Assembly (NCBI GenBank): GCA_903911145.1
Contig: CAIWCD010000005.1
Coordinates: forward strand, 62,001-85,805
Length of the DNA: 23,805 nucleotides
Direction: 5' to 3'
Source of the DNA: an uncultured delta proteobacterium
Lineage (GTDB): Bacteria; Myxococcota; Myxococcia; Myxococcales; 40CM-4-68-19
Shown here: in pieces, positions 8,755 to 17,683 of the stretch
Layout of the letters: each line of letters starts with the position of its first letter
Numbering within the stretch: position 1 is the stretch's first letter
Notes under the pieces: model-generated
Told to the model about the DNA's origin: nothing
Seen by the model: only the letters and a program-made list of their open reading frames with translations
Database searches by the model: none
Position numbers and translations under genes: made by a program

Positions 8755-9477
8755 CTATTCAGCGAAAGGCGAGGGATGCTTCTTCGCCCACGCGTCGATT
8801 GCGGGACACGCCTCTGTGAAGCGGAGGTCTTTCGCGCTGCCCCTCCATTCCACCGCGACGTTTTCAGCACCCGCGCCGCTGAGGCCTCCGGTGACGTTTC
8901 GTACATCCGCCGTCTTCATCGTTGGGGCCGCCTTCTCCGCTGCCTGGTGGAACGCCTCAAGCCGGAGTTCATCGGTGGCAGCCAGCGTCTCGGTGAAGAG
9001 TGCACAGAGGCGATGCATCTCGCTTGCGATCGCGGCGAGGGCCGCGCGGCGTTCCTCCGCCGTGGTGCGGAACCGATAACCCAGTTTGACGTGGACGGGC
9101 TTCGCAGGCTGCGGCGCGGGAAAACTCCAAGCGTTGATCACCTCCTGCACGCAGTATGGAGCCACAAACAATCCCTTGATGCCCCCGCGCTCCACTCGCG
9201 CAACGCTGCCGTCGCTGCCGATCTTGAATTCCGCAGTGACGCGATCATCCGCATCAGGCGGCTCGCGGAACTCCACCGGCGCCCCTTCGCCTTCGCGCTG
9301 CGACTCCAGCGAGAGAACGCACTGTTCGAGGTCGTGTCGGTGCTCGGCGAACACCTTCCGCACCAACTCGGGCTTGATGCCCGGGTCAACGTCGAGCGAG
9401 AGCAACTCGCCGATGGGGGCGGCCCGGGCAGCAGTTCCGACGAGAGCAAGGCAGAGCGCGCCGCGGAGCGAAATCAT
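8755..9477 (-). CDS. Secreted protein with an AgmX/PglI C-terminal-like (TonB-C-like) domain plus a ~100 aa helical extension
   Basis: ATG 9477 preceded by GAGG; signal peptide MISLRGALCLALVGTAARA; pattern VRKVF..H..DLEQC...VTAEFKIGSDGSV...CV..VI..WSFPAP...V.V...YRF matches the myxobacterial AgmX/PglI domain as recalled (no search run). Confidence 0.7.
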   Translation of the reverse strand: MISLRGALCLALVGTAARAAPIGELLSLDVDPGIKPELVRKVFAEHRHDLEQCVLSLESQREGEGAPVEFREPPDADDRVTAEFKIGSDGSVARVERGGIKGLFVAPYCVQEVINAWSFPAPQPAKPVHVKLGYRFRTTAEERRAALAAIASEMHRLCALFTETLAATDELRLEAFHQAAEKAAPTMKTADVRNVTGGLSGAGAENVAVEWRGSAKDLRFTEACPAIDAWAKKHPSPFAE

Positions 9478-9573
9478 GATGGGATCCTCGGATGAACAGA
9501 AGTGCGTCGGGCCGGTTCTCTCGACGTCGCAGAAGAGGCGTGCGGCTGCATAGCCCAAGTCACTCCGCACGCA

Positions 9574-9589
9574 GGTGATCCTGATCACA
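9574..9589. promoter_or_regulatory. CRP/FNR-family-like binding site
   Basis: GGTGA-TCCTGA-TCACA, a 9/10 match to TGTGA-N6-TCACA, in the 124-bp gap upstream of the 9477 start. Confidence 0.35.
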
Positions 9590-9601
9590 TCTCGCGATGC
9601 T

Positions 9602-10951
9602 TCAACTCCCTGGCGGCAGGTTGTCGGTCCAGTGCGACTCGGCGCGAAACGTCTCCCAGAGCGCGGCCACGAACGAGCGCTTCTCCGAATGGATCTTGCG
9701 CTCCATCGCATCGATCGCAGGCACGCGCGCCCAGACGCTCCAGAGCGAGAAGAGCGCGAGCACGCCGGTCATCGAGAGCACCGCCGCATGCGCGCCGAAA
9801 CGATGCGCGAGCGCGCCCGCGAGTAGATGACCGACAGGCAGAGCGCCGAGCGACGCCAGAGAGAAGAGACTCATGCCTCGGCCACGCAGCGTCTCCGGCA
9901 CGAGCAGTTGCATCGCCGTGTTCGAGGAAGAGAGCGCCCAGACCCAGAAGACACCCGCGACCGCGAGGGCTGCGCACGAGAGGATCATCGAACTCGACGC
10001 GCCGTGGACGAGCGCGGCGAGCGAGAAGCCGAGCATTGAGAGCGGAATCAGGTGATGGCGCGGATATCCGCGCGGGATGCGGGCGAGCGCGAGTGCGCCG
10101 ACGATCGCGCCGGAACCGAGCGCGGCGAGGAGGATGCCGTAGCCGCCTGCTCCGACGTGAAGTTCGCTCTCAGCAAAGACGGTAAGCAGCCCTTGAACCG
10201 GTGCGCTTAGAAACGTGAAGGCGCAGACGCCGAGGAGGATGCGACGCGGGCCGCTTGAGTTGCGTGCCCAGTTGAGCGCGACGCCGACACCGCGCGCGTT
10301 CTCCGCTTCAGGCCGTTCGCCAGCCGGCATCGTCCTCGAGGCGGGCAGCGTGACCCAGTAGAGCGCGACGACGATGGCGATGAAGCTCGCCGTGTTGAGA
10401 TCGAAGACGAGCGCGGCGCCGCTGAACGAGAGCAGCGCGCCGGCGAGCATGGGGCCGGCGAGGCGCGCGAGATTGAACTGCGCGGAGTTCAGCGCGATCG
10501 CCTGCGGGAGATCGTCGCGCGGCACGAGCGAAGGCGTGAGTGTCATCCACGCGGGCTGCACCAGCGACCACGCCGCGCCTTCCGCAAACGAGATCGTGAT
10601 CACCACCCACGGGCTCGCAAGCCCGAGATGCGTCAGGACCGCCAGCAGCCCCGCGATCAGCATCATCATGGCCTGGCCCGCGATCAGCAGCTTGCGCCGA
10701 TCGAGCGTGTCCGCGAGCCGTCCCGCCCAGAGCAGCAGCAACGCGGCGGGGACGAACTCGCTGGCCGCCAGCACCTCGACGAGAAACGGCGAGTGCGTCT
10801 GGCTCTGCACCATCCACGACTGCCCGACCGTCTCCATCCAACTGCCGACGTTGGAGACGAGTGCGCCGGACCAGACGATCAGAAACGCGCGGTGACGAAA
10901 GACGGCAAATCCGCCTCCCGCGCGCCGCTGCGCTCTGCCTCCATCGGTCAC
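9602..10951 (-). CDS. MFS transporter (DHA3/MFS_3-like, ~12 TM)
   Basis: W.GALVSNVGSWM, AGRLADTLDRRKLL (motif A), AIALNSAQFNLARLAGP, VPETLRGRGMS; GTGA overlap with the TolC-like gene. Confidence 0.9.
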   Translation of the reverse strand: MTDGGRAQRRAGGGFAVFRHRAFLIVWSGALVSNVGSWMETVGQSWMVQSQTHSPFLVEVLAASEFVPAALLLLWAGRLADTLDRRKLLIAGQAMMMLIAGLLAVLTHLGLASPWVVITISFAEGAAWSLVQPAWMTLTPSLVPRDDLPQAIALNSAQFNLARLAGPMLAGALLSFSGAALVFDLNTASFIAIVVALYWVTLPASRTMPAGERPEAENARGVGVALNWARNSSGPRRILLGVCAFTFLSAPVQGLLTVFAESELHVGAGGYGILLAALGSGAIVGALALARIPRGYPRHHLIPLSMLGFSLAALVHGASSSMILSCAALAVAGVFWVWALSSSNTAMQLLVPETLRGRGMSLFSLASLGALPVGHLLAGALAHRFGAHAAVLSMTGVLALFSLWSVWARVPAIDAMERKIHSEKRSFVAALWETFRAESHWTDNLPPGS

Positions 10952-12357
10952 TGCTTCTCGTCGGCAACCATCGCGCTGTAGAGATGGCCCTCGGCTGCGG
11001 CGAGTTCGGCGTGACGCAGATCAACGACCGAGCGCGCCTGCGCAGCCGCGCTGGTGGCGGTGAAGCGCTTGTTGTCGGCGTCGGTGAGGTCGAGGCTCGT
11101 CGCCACGCCCGCCTTGAAGGACGCATCGACTTGCGCCTGCGCGCGCACCGCGACATTCGCCTGTGCCTCCGATTGCGCAAGCGCAGCCTGTGCCGCTGAG
11201 AGATTGGCGCGCGCGCCGATCCAGGTCGACCGGGCCTTCGCGCGCACCGCCGCGAGGTTCGCCATCGCCTGGTGCAGCTTGGCGCTGTCCTCGTGTTGCG
11301 ACGCATAGCGTGCCCCGCGGTCATAGAGCGGGATGTTCGCCGAGAGCGTGAGATCGTACGAGTAGTTCTTCCCCGTGAATGCCGAGTTCGAATTGTAGTT
11401 CCCCTTCGCGCCGACCGCGATCTGCGGAAGCCAGAGGAACTCGTCGAGCTGCAGCGCGCCCTCGCTCGCCTTCACTGCTTCGATCGCGCTCTTCACCGCG
11501 AAGTTGTTCTCCCAGGGCTCACTCTCCATCGTGCTCGGCTCGGGCAGCTTGTTCGCGCTTCCCGCGGGCAACGGCTGGATCGCATCTCCACTGAGCGCCT
11601 CGAGCATTGGCAGCAGCGACTCGCGTGCACCTTCAAGATTCGCGATCTGAAGCCGCGCCTGCGCCGTGTCGCTCTGCGCGCGCAGGAGCTGCAGCTCAAC
11701 CGCAGTGCCCGCCCGGATCTGCGCCTTGGCTTCGTCTTCGCGATGCAGCGCCACGCTCTCGAGATCGTGCGCCGCCTTGAGCAGCCCTTCGATTCCCTGC
11801 AGCGCGAAGTAGCTCTGCGCCGTCGCGAGCAGGATCTGTTCGCGCGCGGCATCTGCGCCCTGGCGAGCCGCCTCCGCTGCGTGGCCCGCGATCCCCGGAG
11901 CGAAGAGTCCTTGCGGCGTGAAGAGCGGCTGGGAGATCTGCACATTGCCGTAGCGGGAGTTGACGGCGAGGATCGTCATGTTCGCCTGCGCTTCCTGCGC
12001 GGGCGAGAGCGTGAAACCGAAGAGGCCCGCGAGTGCGCCGAGGTTGAAGGTCTGCGGCGCGTTGGTGTGGTCGATCATCCCGCCTGCAGAAAAATCCGGC
12101 TGCCACGCCGTCCACGCGCGACGCACTCCAGCCTCTGCGATCGCGGCCTGCGCTCGGGCCGCCGCGACATCCGGGCCCTGCTTCGCCGTCAGCGTGAGCG
12201 CCTCTTTCAGCGTCACCACCCGACGTGATCCACTCGACGCGACAATCGTCGCGCTTGCCTCTGGTGCGGCCTGCTGCGCGAACGCAGGGAGCGTTGCAAA
12301 TGCCGAGGCGATGAAGAGTGCGGCCCGGAGCGGCCGGTGCTGCTCGTTGCGTTGCAT
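10948..12357 (-). CDS. TolC-family outer membrane efflux protein
   Basis: Signal peptide ...ATLPAFA-QQ, TLKEAL..., AQSYFAL, NIPLYDRG, SFKAGVATSLDLTDA. ATG 12357 has AAGGA upstream; alternative GTG 12408 overlaps the RND stop. Confidence 0.88.
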   Translation of the reverse strand: MQRNEQHRPLRAALFIASAFATLPAFAQQAAPEASATIVASSGSRRVVTLKEALTLTAKQGPDVAAARAQAAIAEAGVRRAWTAWQPDFSAGGMIDHTNAPQTFNLGALAGLFGFTLSPAQEAQANMTILAVNSRYGNVQISQPLFTPQGLFAPGIAGHAAEAARQGADAAREQILLATAQSYFALQGIEGLLKAAHDLESVALHREDEAKAQIRAGTAVELQLLRAQSDTAQARLQIANLEGARESLLPMLEALSGDAIQPLPAGSANKLPEPSTMESEPWENNFAVKSAIEAVKASEGALQLDEFLWLPQIAVGAKGNYNSNSAFTGKNYSYDLTLSANIPLYDRGARYASQHEDSAKLHQAMANLAAVRAKARSTWIGARANLSAAQAALAQSEAQANVAVRAQAQVDASFKAGVATSLDLTDADNKRFTATSAAAQARSVVDLRHAELAAAEGHLYSAMVADEKQ

Positions 12358-12404
12358 GATCGATGTTCCTTTCACGGATGTCTCAACGTTCGAATTGTGG
12401 GCGA

Positions 12405-15400
12405 TCACTGCGCCGAAGGCTCGCGCGCGACGACTGGAACAGCGCTCTCGTCATCGCCAGAGCGCTTGCGCCGCAGCAACCCGAGCAGAAATGCAGGAGT
12501 CAGGCGTTCGACGCCCGCGAAGATCACCGGCACCACCAGCAGCGTCAGCGCCGTCGAGCTGATCACGCCGCCGATCACCGCGATGGCCATCGGCGCGCGA
12601 AATTCGGAGCCGATGCCGCGCCCGATCGCAGTGGGCACCATGCCGACCGCCATGGCGATCGACGTCATGAGGATCGGCCGCAGCCGCCGCGGGCCCGCCT
12701 TGAGCAGAGCGGTGTCGATCGAGTCGCCTTCGCGAATGTGCACGAGCGCTCCATCGACGAGGAGGATCGCATTCTTCGTCACCAGACCCATCAGGAGAAT
12801 GATTCCGACCATCGCGCCGAGCGAGAGGTTGTAGCCCGTGAGCATCAGCGCGCCGCCTGCGCCCACGAGCGCAAGAGGCAGCGAGACGATGATTGTGAAC
12901 GGATGCTTGAGCGACTCGAACTGCGATGCGAGCACCATGATGATGAAGATGATCGCCAGGCCGAACGCAGTTCCAAACGCGCGGTTCTGCTCGTCGAGCA
13001 TCTTCATCTGTCCGTCGTAGACGACGTTGTAGCCGGGCGGCAGCGGCGCGTCCTTGAGCGCTCGCCGCAGAGTCGTGGCGATCTCTCCGAGCGCGCCGCC
13101 CTGTGCGATCTGCGAGTAGACAGCGATCTGCCGCTCGCGATTTTCGTGCTCGATGACCGACGGCCCATCCTGGATTCCGATCTGCGCGACGTCTGAGAGC
13201 TTGCGTGGACCGCGCAGCGAGAAGATGTCCATGTTCTCGATGCGCTCGACGCGATTGCGGTCCCCTTCGCGCAACCGGACACGCACGTCGGTCTCGTCCT
13301 TGCCTTCGCGCAGCTTCGCGGCAACGACGCCATCGACCGCGAGCCGCAACTGCGTGCCGATGTCGCTCGCAGAGAGGCCGAGATCCGCCGCGCGCGTGCG
13401 ATCGAGCTTCACCGTTAGCTCGGGCTTCGGCGGATTGGAATCGACCTTCACGTCGACGGTACCGGGAAGTCCCTTGAGGATCTCCGCGACGCGCTGACCT
13501 TCGCGATTGAGCACGGCCATGTCGGGGCCGATCAGGCGCACCATCACGGGGAAGAAGTCGCCGACACCTTCGACGTCGGGTGGATCGGAGACGAACACTC
13601 GCGTCGCTTGCAGATCCTTGAGCAGCACGCGCGCAGACTCCTTGATCGCCTGCACACCGCGCTTGCGCTCCCACTTCGGACCGTTGAGCACGCGCATGTG
13701 AACCTTGTTCGCCTCACCGTTCGGACCGACGATCGCGTAGACCTCGCGCACCTCGGGAATCTTGCGCAGCAGCGCCTCCGCATCCCCGGCCCGTGCGGTC
13801 GCCAGCTCGAAACTCGCCGAATCGGGCAGCTGCAGATCGACGCCGAACTGGCCCTTGTCCTGCGGTGCCATGAACTCGCCGCGCAGGCCCACCGACATCA
13901 AAACGAGCATGCCGACCGTGATCGCCGTCGTGACGAAGAGCGACAGCCACTTGTGGCGCAGCACCACCCTGAGCACGCGCGCGTACCAGCGCTCAGTCGC
14001 CTCGAACGTCAGGCGCAGCATGCGCGCGACGACGAACTCCTTGCGCACTTCGCCAGGCTTGCGCTGCTTCGCGAGTCGAGAGGAGAGCATCGGATCGATC
14101 GTGAAGGAGACGAACAGCGAGATGAGCACCGCGGCGCTCATGGTGATGCCGAACTGCTTGAAGAACTGCCCGACCATTCCGGACATGAAGGCGACGGGCA
14201 CGAATACGGCAACGAGAGCGAACGTCGTTGCGAGCACAGCGAGACCGACATCGTTCGTGCCTTCTCGCGCGGCCGTCATCGGATCCTGGCCCTGATCGAG
14301 TCGATGCGTGATCGCTTCGCGCACCACCACTGCGTCGTCGATGAGCAGACCGATCGCGAGCGAGAGCGAGAGCAGCGTCATCTGGTTGAGCGTGTAGCCG
14401 AAGATGTACATGACGAAAAACGTGCCGATCACCGACGTGGGCAGAGCGAGCGCGCTGATGAACGTGCCGCGCGGGTCGAGCAGGAACATGAGAATGATCA
14501 GAATCGCCATCGCGCCGCCGAAGATCAGCGCGGTCCAGACCTCGTCGGCGTTCGCTTTGATCAGCTCGCTCTGATCGATCAGCAGCGTGCTCTTGAAGTG
14601 GTAGCCGAGACGCGGAGTCATCTCCGCGAGAACCTTCTGCGTCGCGGCGGCGATCGCGACCGTGTTGCCGCCGGGCTGCTTGACCACCTCGAAGATGATC
14701 GCGTCGCGCCCGTTGAGGCGGGCCGAGGTTCTGCGATCAGTGACGCCGTCGCTGACTGCTGCGATCTCGTCGAGACGTACCTGCGAGCCGCCACGATTCG
14801 CAGTGATCGGCAGCCCACGAATCGCGTCGACGTCCTGAAACTCACCGAGCGTGCGCACGGTCATTTCACTCGGGCCCAGAGAGAGCCTGCCTGCCGGAAG
14901 ATTCATGTTCTCGCTGCCGAGGCGCTGCGCCACGAGGCCAGGCGAGAGGCCCGCTGCCTGCGTCTTGTCGAGATCGAGATCGACGCGGATCTCGCGCACG
15001 TCGCCGCCCGTGATGCGCAACTCCGCGACGCCGTCGAGTTGCTGCAGCGCAGGCTGGAGCTGGTCTTCGATCAACTTGCGCAGCTTCTGCGACGAGAGAT
15101 CCGCGGAGGCGGCGAAGGTGAGAATCGGCGCGGCGCCGAGATCGATGCGATTGACGATCGGCGCGTCGGCCTCTTTCGGCAGCTTGCCGACGGCGAGCGA
15201 GACCTTGTCGCGAACCTCCTGCGCCGCGCGGTCGATGCTCTCGGTCAGATTGAACTGCACGATCACGATGCCGGCGTTCTCGCGCGAGAAGCTGTGGATG
15301 TGGTCGATGCCGCTGATGCCCGAGACCGCGTCTTCAATCGGCTTGACGACCTGCGTTTCGATCTCGCCCGGGCCAGCGCCGCGATAGACCGCCGTCACCG

Positions 15401-15536
15401 TGACGACGGGGAAGGTCACATCGGGAAAGAGATCCGTGCCCAGGCGCTGCATGCCGAGGAGCCCCATCACGATGATGAGCAGCCCGATCATGCTGGTGAA
15501 GACGGGCCGCCGGATTGCGACCTCTGAGATGCTCAT
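12405..15536 (-). CDS. RND efflux transporter permease (AcrB/AcrD/AcrF family)
   Basis: 1043 aa; AIRRPV N-terminus, [12 protein letters not shown] (TM4 Asp pair), [31 protein letters not shown]. Confidence 0.96.
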   Translation of the reverse strand: MSISEVAIRRPVFTSMIGLLIIVMGLLGMQRLGTDLFPDVTFPVVTVTAVYRGAGPGEIETQVVKPIEDAVSGISGIDHIHSFSRENAGIVIVQFNLTESIDRAAQEVRDKVSLAVGKLPKEADAPIVNRIDLGAAPILTFAASADLSSQKLRKLIEDQLQPALQQLDGVAELRITGGDVREIRVDLDLDKTQAAGLSPGLVAQRLGSENMNLPAGRLSLGPSEMTVRTLGEFQDVDAIRGLPITANRGGSQVRLDEIAAVSDGVTDRRTSARLNGRDAIIFEVVKQPGGNTVAIAAATQKVLAEMTPRLGYHFKSTLLIDQSELIKANADEVWTALIFGGAMAILIILMFLLDPRGTFISALALPTSVIGTFFVMYIFGYTLNQMTLLSLSLAIGLLIDDAVVVREAITHRLDQGQDPMTAAREGTNDVGLAVLATTFALVAVFVPVAFMSGMVGQFFKQFGITMSAAVLISLFVSFTIDPMLSSRLAKQRKPGEVRKEFVVARMLRLTFEATERWYARVLRVVLRHKWLSLFVTTAITVGMLVLMSVGLRGEFMAPQDKGQFGVDLQLPDSASFELATARAGDAEALLRKIPEVREVYAIVGPNGEANKVHMRVLNGPKWERKRGVQAIKESARVLLKDLQATRVFVSDPPDVEGVGDFFPVMVRLIGPDMAVLNREGQRVAEILKGLPGTVDVKVDSNPPKPELTVKLDRTRAADLGLSASDIGTQLRLAVDGVVAAKLREGKDETDVRVRLREGDRNRVERIENMDIFSLRGPRKLSDVAQIGIQDGPSVIEHENRERQIAVYSQIAQGGALGEIATTLRRALKDAPLPPGYNVVYDGQMKMLDEQNRAFGTAFGLAIIFIIMVLASQFESLKHPFTIIVSLPLALVGAGGALMLTGYNLSLGAMVGIILLMGLVTKNAILLVDGALVHIREGDSIDTALLKAGPRRLRPILMTSIAMAVGMVPTAIGRGIGSEFRAPMAIAVIGGVISSTALTLLVVPVIFAGVERLTPAFLLGLLRRKRSGDDESAVPVVAREPSAQ

Positions 15537-16633
15537 GGCGCGCCTCGCACGGCGACCTTGCTGCCGGTCTCGAGATCGACGGCAGGATAGTCGACCACCT
15601 GATCGATCGGTTCGTTGGCGCGAAACACGATCTCCTTCGCGCCGCGATCGATCACGTTGATCTGCACGCGCCGGACCGAGCCTCCTTCGCCGACAACGTA
15701 GAGATGATCTCCGCCCGTTGAGGCAAGCGCAGAGGCGGTGACCGCAAGCGCTGGCTCCTGCGCTCCAAGAGGAAGAAATGCACGCGCGAGCGTGTGCGCG
15801 GTGAAGCGGCCCTGCTTGTTTGGAACGGAGATCTCGACGGGCACGCGGCGCGTCTGCGCGTCGGCCGAGGGAATGATCGACGAGATGCGCGCCTCGTCCG
15901 TGGTGACATCGCTCGCAGCGGACGCGACCCGAACCTTCGCCCCGAGCGTCAGCAGCGGGCGATCGCTCTCGGCGGCCGTCGCGTGCAGCACCAACGGATC
16001 GAGTTGCTCGACGACGAAGAGCACGCTTCCGGGACCGACGAACGCGCCGATCTGATCCGGTGCCTCGACGAGCACTCCCGCGAACGGCGTGTGGAGATCG
16101 TGCCGCCTGCGCGCCGCGCGGGCCTGCGCGAGTTGCGCCTTGGCCGCGAGAACCTGCGCATCTGCTGCGTGAGATTGATTCTCTGCCGCCGTCGCCTGCT
16201 GATCGCTGATGTTGTTCGTCGCGCGCAGTTGCGCCGTACGCGCCGCTCCATCTGCGGCGACGGCCGCGCCCGCTTCGGCCGCCTTGAGCGCCGCCTCGGC
16301 CTGCGCGACCTGCGCGTCTGCGATCTCCGGATCGAGCTTCGCGATCACCTGCCCAGCCGCGACGGGCGCTCCCTTCTTCACGAGGATCTGCGCAAGTCGT
16401 CCGCCGACCTCGAAGCCGAACTGCAACGCCTTCGCAGGCTGCAGCGCGCCCGTCACTTCGCTCTTCGCAGCGATCTTCGTGGCCCGCACTTTCGCGAGCT
16501 GCACTTGCGCCGTCACGCTCGCCTGTTCACCCGAGGACTTGCTCTTCACGTCCGCGCGCGAGGCAAAACCGATCGAGATGATCGCGGTGGCAACGACTGC
16601 GGTGGCGATGACGATTGGTCTGCTGCGGATCAC
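15533..16633 (-). CDS. RND efflux periplasmic adaptor (membrane fusion protein)
   Basis: GTG 16633 overlaps the TetR stop and has GGAG upstream; N-terminal TM segment, FEVGGRL..ILVKKGAPVAAGQVIAKLD, Ala-rich coiled-coil hairpin, LHTPFAGV, PSADAQTRR. Confidence 0.92.
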   Translation of the reverse strand: MIRSRPIVIATAVVATAIISIGFASRADVKSKSSGEQASVTAQVQLAKVRATKIAAKSEVTGALQPAKALQFGFEVGGRLAQILVKKGAPVAAGQVIAKLDPEIADAQVAQAEAALKAAEAGAAVAADGAARTAQLRATNNISDQQATAAENQSHAADAQVLAAKAQLAQARAARRRHDLHTPFAGVLVEAPDQIGAFVGPGSVLFVVEQLDPLVLHATAAESDRPLLTLGAKVRVASAASDVTTDEARISSIIPSADAQTRRVPVEISVPNKQGRFTAHTLARAFLPLGAQEPALAVTASALASTGGDHLYVVGEGGSVRRVQINVIDRGAKEIVFRANEPIDQVVDYPAVDLETGSKVAVRGAP

Positions 16634-17373
16634 GGCGAACTCCGGGGTGACGGACGCGTCTGTGTGCGCCTGGCCTTGCTGGGCGCGGACTTGCTCTTCG
16701 TGCCGACGGGAATCGAAAACGTGCTCGGAGGCGGAATCGACCCCTGGTGCGCGAGGGCCTGGAGCGAGCGGGCCCAACTGCGCAGGTCTGGTTTCGCGCG
16801 CATGCGGCAGAGGCGATGCGCGAGCAGGAGGTACGTGCCGACCATCATCGCGCCGAAGACCTCCGGAGGCACGTCGGTCCGGCAGATGCCCTGCGCCTGC
16901 TGGGCGCGAAACTCGTTGGCCACTCGAGCAGCCTCGCGCTCGACCGCCTTCCAGAGCGTTCCCTCGAACGGCGTCCCCTGCGCGCCGGAGATCAGCACCG
17001 CAACGACGTCGCGGTACTCCCACATCACCTCGAGCGTGCGCTCGTCCTCGCCCTCCTCGAGTTCAAGCAGCAGCTTGTATCGAGGCGAGACCTGCTCGAC
17101 GTCTCGAGGCGTGATCGGCCCCTCTGCGAGAAAGGCCTCTGTGCGCGTGCGCCGCGACTTGAAGCAGGCATCGAGTGCGCGCTCGAATCGCCGCACCAGC
17201 GCACCGAAGAGGCTCTCCTTCGAGGGGAAGTGAAGATAGAAGGCGCCCTTCGAGAGCCCGCAGGCCGCGGTGATGTCCTCGACCCGCGCGCCGCGCAGGC
17301 CGCGACGTCCGAGTTCGACACGGGCTGCGTCGATCAGCGCTGCGCGAGAGAGTGGAGCGGGGCGTCGGGCCAT
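16630..17373 (-). CDS. TetR/AcrR-family transcriptional regulator
   Basis: N-terminal HTH LIDAAR....RGL..ARVEDITAACGLSKGAFYLHFPSKESLF; first gene of the efflux operon. Confidence 0.93.
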   Translation of the reverse strand: MARRPAPLSRAALIDAARVELGRRGLRGARVEDITAACGLSKGAFYLHFPSKESLFGALVRRFERALDACFKSRRTRTEAFLAEGPITPRDVEQVSPRYKLLLELEEGEDERTLEVMWEYRDVVAVLISGAQGTPFEGTLWKAVEREAARVANEFRAQQAQGICRTDVPPEVFGAMMVGTYLLLAHRLCRMRAKPDLRSWARSLQALAHQGSIPPPSTFSIPVGTKSKSAPSKARRTQTRPSPRSSP

Positions 17374-17414
17374 AGATCAGGTCATCTCCAAAACGGTGCG
17401 TCCGACGGGTGTCG

Positions 17415-17431
17415 TGCGAGCGATGTGCCAA
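17415..17431 (-). promoter_or_regulatory. Putative sigma54 (-24/-12) promoter of the tetR-efflux operon
   Basis: Minus strand reads TTGGCAC-ATCGC-TCGCA, i.e. GG-N10-GC against the consensus TGGCAC-N5-TTGCW; ~40 bp upstream of the tetR ATG and in the correct orientation. Confidence 0.6.
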
Positions 17432-17435
17432 TTGA

Positions 17436-17481
17436 TGACCGGCGGGTCAGTTTCGGTTCGCCAAAAATGACCGGCCGGTCA
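17436..17481. promoter_or_regulatory. Two palindromic operators, likely TetR-binding sites
   Basis: TGACCGGCGGGTCA (17436-17449) and the perfect palindrome TGACCGGCCGGTCA (17468-17481), 32 bp apart, upstream of tetR. Confidence 0.75.
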
Positions 17482-17683
17482 GAAATCACGAATTCGGCCC
17501 GAAGTGAGAGGAAAAACTGTCTGTCCTGCGTCTTCTTCCTGGCCTCTGCGACGCGGGATATGCGCGCGGCGTCGGCGCGATGCGTGCCGGAATCCCGACA
17601 GAGTTGGCGGAGAGTCGACGGGCCGTGCGCGCTTGGCTGAAACTTCACGCGAGCGCGCGACGGCTCGATGTACTCTGCGCGCC

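Noticed and set aside
13608..15527. 639-aa + strand ORF and many other long antisense/alternate-frame ORFs (e.g. 3208-4701, 15794-17233, 19518-20540)
   Set aside because: Shadow ORFs opposite well-supported genes in GC-rich DNA; Arg/Ala-rich and without recognisable motifs.
16634..17023. 130-aa N-terminal extension of the membrane fusion protein
   Set aside because: It lies within tetR; GTG 16633 with an SD and a stop/start overlap is a better start.
17374..17385. In-frame ATG-ACC-TGA mini-ORF just upstream of tetR (possible uORF, readthrough or selenocysteine)
   Set aside because: The GGAG abuts this ATG with no spacing, no SECIS-like support is seen, and the sequence may simply be an operator half-site (TGACC).
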